Below, one piece after another: positions 41,486-49,304 of a DNA stretch of 64,000 nt (positions within the stretch are counted from its first letter, which is position 1; the number at the start of each line of letters is the position of its first letter). Source of the DNA: Candidatus Binatia bacterium (GTDB taxonomy: Bacteria > Desulfobacterota > Binatia > Bin18); contig CAXXHG010000021.1 in assembly GCA_963666315.2 (NCBI GenBank), positions 64,001 to 128,000 on the forward strand. Direction: 5' to 3'. The translations under genes were made by a program, and so were the position numbers. The notes under the pieces are model-generated. The model made no database searches, was not told the DNA's origin, and was given only the letters and a program-made list of their open reading frames with translations.

Positions 41486-41655
41486 CAGCAGGGCTGGCTC
41501 GCTTCGCTCGTTCACGTCAACTCCCGGCCCGGTAATCCTGGACGTTAGATGGCTTTGATTCATACCAAGGACTGTAAGCCACGTTGACTTATCAAAATTG
41601 GCTCAATCACCACTAGACAACGTCCAGCTAGACTGGAGTGTGACATGCAGCCGCC

Positions 41656-42405
41656 TCAGCCTGGCAGTACGCATTCCTGATACACCCCCCGGGCGCCCAT
41701 CTCGCACTCAACCCCCACCACCGGCGGACGGGCGTAGTGCCAGCGTAGTCCGTAATGACTCCCGCTCGCCACAGCTGGTAACAACACTGTTTCAAGCAAG
41801 GGATGAATATTGTGAACGGTATACAGCTCGACGGCCGTGACATCCGTCCAGGCGACTGTCAGCTGCTGTAAGCGGGCTTCCAGAGTTTGGAGGATATACT
41901 GTATTTTTTGGCTGAGACCCTGGACAGACACATCCCCGTGGCTCACGATTTCAGACCCTTTTTCAGACCGCCGGATTTCGGCAGCCCCAGACAGGAGAAA
42001 CGTGGGGCGGTCGTGGTCCGTAGGAACAGTGTAGGAAAACCCGTACACTGACGGTTCAGCCACGGGCTGCACAGCAAGGGCGACATTGGTCCGCGCTGTA
42101 GGGTTGAGACCGTCCACGAGGATGTTCCAGTCTACAAGTCGCTTGGTATACGGCGCATTAAACTCAGTAAACCCCTGGGCGGAGAGCGGCTGCGGGATGC
42201 GCAACTCCAGCCCACACAGTGCCTGAATAGGCCGCGCGAAATGTTGGAGGTGACGCGCAATCAAATCATAGCCTTTTTCTAGGGCAGGCAGCGGATGAAA
42301 GGTGGCATGCACAATCTCGTAGCCGGGCAGGGCGCGACATCCCGCAGAAAAAGGGCCAGCACTTTTGATGAATGTGTAATTGCCGCTGGGCTGCTCGATG
42401 ATCAT
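41656..42405 (-). CDS. 2-amino-5-chloromuconate deaminase (CnbZ)-like protein
   Basis: GNYTFI...PFSAG, LCGLELRIP, GFTEFN, NPTARTNV, ARPPVVGVE. Confidence 0.7.
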   Translation of the reverse strand: MIIEQPSGNYTFIKSAGPFSAGCRALPGYEIVHATFHPLPALEKGYDLIARHLQHFARPIQALCGLELRIPQPLSAQGFTEFNAPYTKRLVDWNILVDGLNPTARTNVALAVQPVAEPSVYGFSYTVPTDHDRPTFLLSGAAEIRRSEKGSEIVSHGDVSVQGLSQKIQYILQTLEARLQQLTVAWTDVTAVELYTVHNIHPLLETVLLPAVASGSHYGLRWHYARPPVVGVECEMGARGVYQECVLPG

Positions 42406-42415
42406 GGGGGCTCCT

Positions 42416-43576
42416 TCACACAGCCCCGAAGACCTGCTCGACCGCATCCCGGATGGGCTGAAAAACATCACCTGGGGTGTTGGTCATCCGGTTGTGACAA
42501 ATGGCGACCGCCAGGCGGGCATCCGGGTCGGCCCAGGCAATCGCTCCCCCTGCGCCCGGATGGAAGATCGTGCGGGGATTGTGACCAGCCAGACGGAACG
42601 GATAGCGAGGATCTTTCACTCCACCGAGCCACAGTCCTGCGGTCCCCATGCGGATCGGCAAACCGAGGACAGTGTCCGGCTTATCAGTATCCGGGCGCGG
42701 AGTGCTGAAAGTGTTGACCCGCTCTTCGGACAATAAGCGTACGCCGTTTAGCTCACCGCCGTTGGCCAGCATTGCGAATAGCCGGGCTGAGCTGCGCGCG
42801 TTCATGATACCGTGCGCGCCTGGGATACACCCGCCCCGCATATCAGAACGTCCAAAGACCTCCTCGGTCGCGCCGACCTGAGGCGGCATAGCTAGGAGTA
42901 TCGGCGCGTCTGCCGGCAGTGGGAGTGGAGCGGCGTTCTTGAGCCGGGCGACGCGTGGTTCTACTTCTTCAGGAATACCAATCCAGAGATCGGTGATCCC
43001 CAGCGGGGCACAGATTTCTTCCTGTACAAAGGTGCCATACGGCCGCTGTTTGGGATCGGTCAGGCGCACACACTCGGCAATCACCCAGCCGAAGGTGTAA
43101 CACATGTATCCATTCTCGGTTCCGGGCTCAAAAGCGGGCTTCATGCGTGCTAATTGATCGACCATCCAGCCGTAGTCACTCATGAGCTCCGGCGTGACGC
43201 CCTCGGGCATGAAGGGAATACCCAAACGGTGGCTCAATGCGTCCCGGATGGTGGCTTTGTCCTTGCCGTGCGAGGCGAACTCGGGCCAGTAGTGAGCGAT
43301 AGGCGCATCATACTCGATCAGGCCACGCTCGGCTTGGAGATGCAGCGCGGTTGCCGTGGTCGCCTTGATCACGGAGAAGGAGGGGAAGAGAGTGTCAGCA
43401 TCAACCTCTCGCCCGGTGGTTTCATCGGCAATGCCGCTCCAGACGTCTACGACTTGTTCGCCATCAAGATAGACGGCGACCTGTATGCCCAGCTCGCCGT
43501 TCTCACGGATCGTGGTTTCAATGGCTTTTTGAAAAATGTTATTCGCTTCTGGTTTGTTTTCTGCTGTCGCTGCCAT
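42416..43576 (-). CDS. Serine hydrolase, beta-lactamase-like esterase
   Basis: SxxK (FSVIK), IAHYWPEF, LSHRLG, HPGAGG. Confidence 0.9.
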   Translation of the reverse strand: MAATAENKPEANNIFQKAIETTIRENGELGIQVAVYLDGEQVVDVWSGIADETTGREVDADTLFPSFSVIKATTATALHLQAERGLIEYDAPIAHYWPEFASHGKDKATIRDALSHRLGIPFMPEGVTPELMSDYGWMVDQLARMKPAFEPGTENGYMCYTFGWVIAECVRLTDPKQRPYGTFVQEEICAPLGITDLWIGIPEEVEPRVARLKNAAPLPLPADAPILLAMPPQVGATEEVFGRSDMRGGCIPGAHGIMNARSSARLFAMLANGGELNGVRLLSEERVNTFSTPRPDTDKPDTVLGLPIRMGTAGLWLGGVKDPRYPFRLAGHNPRTIFHPGAGGAIAWADPDARLAVAICHNRMTNTPGDVFQPIRDAVEQVFGAV

Positions 43577-43737
43577 AGATTATTCCCCCCTTTTCTCTGA
43601 CTTACGCGCCTTGCTGCCGTTTTGACTGCCTCTGGCTGTTATCCTCTTTTCTGGAAGAGGGAGTCAATAGTGCCGGAGCGCCTTTTTGGCAAGGAGAAAC
43701 GTGCATCGCTATCCGTTTGCGCGCTCTTTGCTATTGG

Positions 43738-43757
43738 CATCAGATCCGATACATGAA
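43738..43757 (+). repeat. att core, left copy: CATCAGATCCGATACATGAA
   Basis: Identical to 49256-49275. Confidence 0.9.
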
Positions 43758-43925
43758 TACAACCTGTGAGATTCCAATAACTTAGCGGGGTGTGGTGTGC
43801 AGAATGCCGCAAAGCGGCGCACAATCCGCAACCTATCCGTAACTAACTCTCTGTGATGTTCTTCCGTTCATAGCCGTTTTCGATGTAGATAAACCGCCAC
43901 CACCGAGCGCTGCTTCATCGCGGAC

Positions 43926-43962
43926 GTTTCAATCCTCACTGGCCCGGTAAGGCCGGTGCTAT
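43926..43962 (-). CRISPR. Solitary CRISPR-like repeat (type I-C-like), no array
   Basis: Minus strand ATAGCACCGGCCTTACCGGGCCAGTGAGGATTGAAAC: 37 nt, CACCGGCC/GGCCAGTG stem, canonical GGATTGAAAC 3' end; no second copy found. Confidence 0.7.
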
Positions 43963-44178
43963 AGCCCATGTTCCAAACCATTAATCCGGCTAGGGTTTTT
44001 ATCTCGTTTGCGCGGACGTAAGAAAAATGGGCTAAAATCCAAACGTCCATCCTGTCTCTTGCGGCCTTGGTGGGCATCTCACCGGGACGCACCCCCTGGT
44101 ATGTATTAACGCAGCGAGTGAGCATCTGAGGGATATTTGCTCATCGAGAAACCGCCTAACTTCTGCTAGGAAGGACCC

Positions 44179-44871
44179 GTGAAATACATCCCGACCATCA
44201 TCACGGTAGTGTTGCTGTTGTGGCCGTTGCCGGTATCTCCCAGTGAGGTAGGCATTGAATGGGACATCCTGAATGAGGAAGCGCAGCAGCTGTATGATAA
44301 GGGCCAATATGGCCGTGCCGTCATAGTTGCCAAAAAGGCCCTTGAAGTAGCAGAGAAAAACGTCGGCCCACACCATCCCGCTGTGGCGACGAGCCTGAAC
44401 AACCTGGCTGAGCTCTACCGAACCCAAGGCCACTACGCGCTGGCCGAGCCGCTCTATAAGCGTGCGCTGGCGATATACGAGCAGGCGCTGGGGCCAGACC
44501 ATCCCCATGTGGCTGCGAGCCTGAACAACCTGGCTGAGGTCTACCGAACCCAAGGCCACTACGCGCTGGCCGAGCCGCTCTATAAGCGGGCGCTGGCGAT
44601 AGTCGAGAAGGCGCTGGGGCCAGACCATCCTAATGTGGCTGCGGGCCTGAACAACCTGGCCTTGCTCTACTCCACCCAAGGCCACTACGCGCAGGGCGAG
44701 CCGCTCTATAAGCGGGCGCTGGCGATAGGGGAGAAGGCGCTGGGGCCGGCCCATCCCGCTGTGGCGACGAGCCTGAAAAACCTGGCCTTCCTTTATCCAG
44801 CCATGAAACGGGATCGGGAAGCCGCAATACTGGAGCAGCGGGCGGCTCGTATACAAGCGATTCAACGATGA
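44179..44871 (+). CDS. Secreted tetratricopeptide repeat protein (kinesin-light-chain-type TPR)
   Basis: Signal peptide; 42-aa repeats GPDHP.VA.SLNNLAE.Y..QG.YA.AEPLYKRALAI, seen as 126-bp near-identical DNA repeats. Confidence 0.92.
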   Translation: MKYIPTIITVVLLLWPLPVSPSEVGIEWDILNEEAQQLYDKGQYGRAVIVAKKALEVAEKNVGPHHPAVATSLNNLAELYRTQGHYALAEPLYKRALAIYEQALGPDHPHVAASLNNLAEVYRTQGHYALAEPLYKRALAIVEKALGPDHPNVAAGLNNLALLYSTQGHYAQGEPLYKRALAIGEKALGPAHPAVATSLKNLAFLYPAMKRDREAAILEQRAARIQAIQR

Positions 44872-44928
44872 CCTCTGTCACTGCTGGATGCACCAGGGAA
44901 TAGTTGGTGAGCATCGACACTCTCGAAA

Positions 44929-45775
44929 TTACGGGAACTCGAAGATCAGTACGTCCGCGTAGAATATATTGAAGGGCTCCAAGAAGTTCAGAGTGGTTAT
45001 GTTACCCCCAATGTCAACAGTCGTCTGTTTTGTCAGGCCAGACAAAACCGTATCGCACACACCGTCTAGCGTGTTGCGGTCGAACCAGTCAAACGAGGAC
45101 GAACTGAATTGAACGCCTCCTTGGACGAAATCGAGACGTCCACTACAGGCGAAGAACCCGTCAGACGTGAGGGGTGTAATATCGATAACGAGTGTCTCGC
45201 CGTCACAGGGATTGGTGACAACCCACGTTGCTTGTTCAGCAACGGAACCCAATACGCCAGAGTCGTCGTCAACTGTCGCTGTTTTCGTGACACACAGGCC
45301 ACTCGGAGCAGGCGGATTTGCTTGCGTATACCCTGTCGCTATAAATCCCTGCGCCCCCTGAGACCACTGGACTGTGACGTCCTGTCCGTTGCTGAGCGTC
45401 ACCACCCCAGTCCCAGACACGCCAGTCAGGAATTCCACACCCGAAGTCACAACCTGAAACGTCACCGTGGCAATCTTGACGCCATCCCGAAAAAACTCTG
45501 CGGTATGTGACCCTTGCCCGAGTAGGTTGTAGTTGAAAATGGAGACGATACCATTGTTTGGATCGGTGCAGGGCGTATCGAGTCGTTCCGATCCATAGGA
45601 CAGTTCTATGATGCTTCCACCATCAAACTGCACGGTGTACACGCCCGGTATGCAGTCCCAAGCGGATATGACAAAGATCCCGCTCATCACCCTGTCCTGC
45701 TCCTGGAATACCGACGGTGAGGGTGTGCACGGGAGCAGCAATTAGGCACAGTAGAATCAATAGTACCGCGCGCAC
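44929..45775 (-). CDS. Secreted beta-rich protein, paralog A (frameshift just after the signal peptide)
   Basis: RBS plus GTG at 45775 gives MRAVLLILLCLIAAP...IPGAGQ; frame changes near 45692 into MSGIFVISAWDC...NNGIVSIFNYNLLGQGSHT. Confidence 0.65.
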
Positions 45776-46065
45776 AGTGATCCCCTTCTGGTTTTGTATC
45801 TCTGTTAGTCTCGTTCAGCGGCCGGTGGCCATGAGCACCGTTGCGAACAGACTAAGACTCGGCCCTCCCGAGTGTCAACGGGTGTCTCCGGCGGTCCGTT
45901 TGCCCGTTGTGAAAATTCGCGGGACTTTCACGGGGATTCGGAGAGAACTGGGCGTACTATCCGGGACCGTAGAGGCGCTTTTCATGCCGAAAAGTCTAAA
46001 AAAGCCACATTTTCCAGCTGCCTAAAGGGCTCTACATAGCGCGAGCACTCTAGTTGAAGATATCC

Positions 46066-46105
46066 TCTCGTGGTGTGGTGACCATATGGTCACCACACCA
46101 CGAGA
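46066..46105. repeat. Perfect 40-bp palindrome with no loop
   Basis: TCTCGTGGTGTGGTGACCAT|ATGGTCACCACACCACGAGA. Confidence 0.95.
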
Positions 46106-46262
46106 CGTGAAAACATGTCCGCTCTGCGCAGAGACGATCAAAGCGGCCGCTCTGAAGTGTCGCTACTGTGGCTCTGACTTGGCGAAAGCTTCGGAGTTAA
46201 CGCCAAGTCAGATTGCTGGAGAGGATTGGGGAACGCAGCGCACGTTGCTTCGGTGGGAGTGA
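46086..46262 (+). CDS. Small zinc-ribbon (UPF0547-like) protein, 58 aa
   Basis: MVTTPRDVKTCPLCAETIKAAALKCRYCGSDL...; below the ORF-track cutoff. Confidence 0.6.
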   Translation: MVTTPRDVKTCPLCAETIKAAALKCRYCGSDLAKASELTPSQIAGEDWGTQRTLLRWE

Positions 46263-46438
46263 GAAGGTCAGCAATTCCCTATGACCCAGTGCTACATGCT
46301 TACCTTTCTGTGTGCAGGGGGAGAAGACGCACAACCGCCCGGTGCCGGTAACTCGTTACTCACTCCGTGACGCATCTACCATCGCGTCCAGTACATCCCG
46401 GACCGGGTCAGGGCCCGGCTCGTCCAGGGAAACTGCAC

Positions 46439-47322
46439 TTATGCCGCCTCCACGGATCCGGAGTACCCGATAAAACAAGGAAGAGACAATCCGGCGCAGG
46501 ATCCACTGACCCGATCCGCCAGTATGAGAAAGACCAGGGATCCGTCCAGAAAATTACCAGCAAAACCAGCTATCAACGCGTACGTACACGATTCCGCCGT
46601 GCTCACAGAAGCCTCGCCGACGAGAACAAAGTCTCCATTCATTTCGAGATCGCCGGTGAAGGTGGACGAGCCGCTCAGGACGGTAAGTGCACTGCCGTTC
46701 TGGGACACGGAAAGTGTTCCACCGAGCTGGGTGGGCAGATCGGGGGGTACCTCAATAAAGTTACAGTCTTCGGTCAGGAACGAGAGCGACATTGCCCAGG
46801 TGCCAGCGACATTTGGAAACCCCGGGTCCGGGGTTGGAATCACCGGGCCCGGGGTTGCCTCTGTCACGACAAATGCTTGGAGTGATTGCCTCCACGTCAG
46901 CGCTGCTGTCGATCCATCCGACAGGGTGGATGTCCCTGACCCGGTCATGCCGGTTTTGAATTCCCCGAGCCAAAGTGGACAACCTGAAAGGTGACGGATG
47001 CAAAACTCGCGGCTCCATCAAAGGCTTGGAAGGTATGAGTACCTTGCGAGAGCCGATTAAAATTGTACTGGGCAATCCAGCCGTTGTTGGTGTCATTGCA
47101 GACACTCTCCGTATCCGGACGATCAATGAGACCGGCGAGAGGGAAAGCTGCCCCTCCGTCGATCCGCCCACTCAATGCCCCTTGGGCACATTTCCACCCG
47201 GCGAAAAAATAAATCCCGCTCATCTCTTCGTTGGCGCCCGGCACTTCAATGACACTCGCTGTCGCTGTGCCCATCCACATCAGCGCACCGATGATTCCAC
47301 ATAGTACTCGCGTTTGCATCAT
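46439..47322 (-). CDS. Secreted beta-rich protein, paralog B (frameshift in a G-run near 46965)
   Basis: Signal peptide; MSGIYFFAGWKC...NNGWIAQYNFNRLSQGTHT...VTFQVV | EFKTGMTGSGTSTLSDG...WRQSLQAF. Confidence 0.7.
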
Positions 47323-47553
47323 GCCCCCCTTAAACGCCGTACGAGAATCTCTTACGTGGGTAAATGATTTCACAGGAACGTTCCGCTTCTGGCCCAGGTC
47401 AGTATACACACAGACTTTGGCAGAAACCAACGGAAAGAGCGGAATAAGCCCCCCTATATTCGCTTATTTCGCTGTGGAAGGCGCAATATCACCGAGTGAT
47501 GCCACTCGTCGTACTGCGGAACCCCATTCTTCTTGGCCGGGTTAGAGGCGGGG

Positions 47554-47796
47554 CTACGAGGTGGACGAGCGCCTCTTCTCCTCGCGGTATCGTTTCACGC
47601 GGTTTTTCCGGCGCTTGACGGCATGCCGTTGGTAATCCGCTCGGGCGCTGCAGGCAGGGCGACAATAGCGCTTCTGCCGGACCCCCTCGAACGTTTCGCC
47701 GCAGACCGGGCAAACCTTTTTCACGATGACGATTTTTTTCGTATAACTCCGGGGCTGAATCACCCGCTCAATCACTCTAATTTGTTCCTCTGCCAT
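47554..47796 (-). CDS. Small basic Cys4 zinc-finger protein, divergent from the integrase
   Basis: CPVCGETF...RYCRPAC plus Arg/Lys-rich tail; GGAGG RBS. Confidence 0.65.
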   Translation of the reverse strand: MAEEQIRVIERVIQPRSYTKKIVIVKKVCPVCGETFEGVRQKRYCRPACSARADYQRHAVKRRKNRVKRYREEKRRSSTS

Positions 47797-48042
47797 TTCG
47801 CCGCGTCCTCCGCAGTGAAGATAGATTCTGTTCGCCCTAATGTCAACGTATTTATTAAAATATCCTCGACATTATCGTTCAGGTAATTTATAATGATCTT
47901 GTACTATACAGACGAGAACACACCCGTGCAGAAACCACACCGAGATAGGACACGCGGAAGGTGAGATGCCGCCCAGCGAATAGATTTTTATACGTAGCCC
48001 GTGGCTGAAGCGGCTAATGTGACGAAAGTCAGGAGGTAAACT

Positions 48043-49212
48043 TTGGCAGTAAAAGTTCGCAAACGGAAAGAGCTGTGGTGGGTTTACATTGACCACAACA
48101 ACAAACGCAAGGCCAAGTGCATCGGCCCCAGTAAACGGGCGGCTGACCAAGTGGCGGAGAAGATTCGGGCGAAGCTGGCACTGGGGCAGTTCTCGCTTGC
48201 TGAAGAAGACGCGAAACAGGCAGTCAGCTTCGCTAACTATTACGACCGCTGGCTCAATACCTACGTCGCAGGTTCTGCCAAGCCCAGCACGATGGTGGCG
48301 TATGAATGTGTCGGGCGGTTGTATTTACTTCCGGCGTTTGGCGATCGGCTGTTGCGCGATATTGCGCCGAAGGATGTCCGTGCCTTTGCGTACGGTTTGG
48401 TGGCCACGCAACTGAAGCGCAATACGATCATGAGTATCCTGATCCCGCTCAGCAGCATATTTCGGTTCGCCGTGAAAGACGAGCTGTTGCTCCGTAATCC
48501 GGCCGGCGGCATTGCAGGTGAGATTGGCAGTGCAAAGCAATCCGACCAGCGCCCGGCTGACTTTCTCACCAAGGAGGAACTCGGAGCCCTGCTGCGCTGC
48601 TGCCAAGAGTATTTACCGGTTCGGTATCCCTTCATCTCCCTCTTGGCCAAGAGTGGCTTGCGTATTGGGGAAGCCCTGGCGCTGGAATGGGTCGATATCG
48701 ACTTCGACGGGCGTTTTATCCACGTCAGCAAGACCGCAGACAGGGGTCGGATCGGTAGCCCGAAAAATGGCAAATCACGGCGCGTCGATATGAGCCAGGG
48801 CCTCGCTGACACATTGAAGCGGCTTCGTGTGACGCAAGGCAAACGTGCGCTAGAAAGTGGGGTACCGGCACCCCGGTTGCTCTTCCCAACGAGATCGGGC
48901 CGACTAATGGATCGGACAAACGTCTACCGCTGTATCTGGGGCCCACTCTTGAGGAAGGCGGGATTTCGGCAGATCCATGTCCATGATCTCAGGCATACGT
49001 TCGCAAGCCTGTTGATCCAGAACGGTGAATCCCTAGCCTACGTGAAAGAGCAGATGGGCCATAGCTCGATCAAGATGACGGTGGACACCTACGGGCACCT
49101 CGTACCGGGTGGCAACAAAGCGGCTGTGGACAAGCTGGATGGGCTGGAAGAGGCAACCATCCGCAACCCAGCCGCAACCGGCGGCTGTGAGCGAAAATAC
49201 GAAGCTGGCTAA
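48043..49212 (+). CDS. Site-specific tyrosine integrase
   Basis: Catalytic R (GLRIGEA), K (PKNG), HxxR (HDLRH), H (MGHS), Y (DTYGH) all intact; AGGAGG RBS and TTG start. Confidence 0.95.
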   Translation: MAVKVRKRKELWWVYIDHNNKRKAKCIGPSKRAADQVAEKIRAKLALGQFSLAEEDAKQAVSFANYYDRWLNTYVAGSAKPSTMVAYECVGRLYLLPAFGDRLLRDIAPKDVRAFAYGLVATQLKRNTIMSILIPLSSIFRFAVKDELLLRNPAGGIAGEIGSAKQSDQRPADFLTKEELGALLRCCQEYLPVRYPFISLLAKSGLRIGEALALEWVDIDFDGRFIHVSKTADRGRIGSPKNGKSRRVDMSQGLADTLKRLRVTQGKRALESGVPAPRLLFPTRSGRLMDRTNVYRCIWGPLLRKAGFRQIHVHDLRHTFASLLIQNGESLAYVKEQMGHSSIKMTVDTYGHLVPGGNKAAVDKLDGLEEATIRNPAATGGCERKYEAG

Positions 49213-49255
49213 GTTACTGAAAGAATTCGGATATTCGAGAATGATCGACACATTA

Positions 49256-49275
49256 CATCAGATCCGATACATGAA
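49256..49275 (+). repeat. att core, right copy: CATCAGATCCGATACATGAA
   Basis: Identical to 43738-43757. Confidence 0.9.
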
Positions 49276-49304
49276 GGGCAATCGACACGAAAACTGGCGG
49301 ACAC

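Larger units (their letters stand above)
43738..49275. mobile_element. Tyrosine-integrase integrative element, about 5.5 kb
   Basis: Perfect 20-bp direct repeat at both ends, integrase next to the right end, matching arm-like and IHF-like motifs inside both ends. Confidence 0.9.

Noticed and set aside
43854-43925. A true CRISPR array around the solitary repeat
   Set aside because: No recognisable second repeat one spacer-length away on either side; other gtttcaat/attgaaac hits in the window lack the hairpin
44032-44865. 277-aa repetitive minus-strand ORF
   Set aside because: Antisense shadow of the TPR repeats
43738-49275. Prophage or ICE
   Set aside because: No structural, packaging, relaxase, T4SS or replication genes
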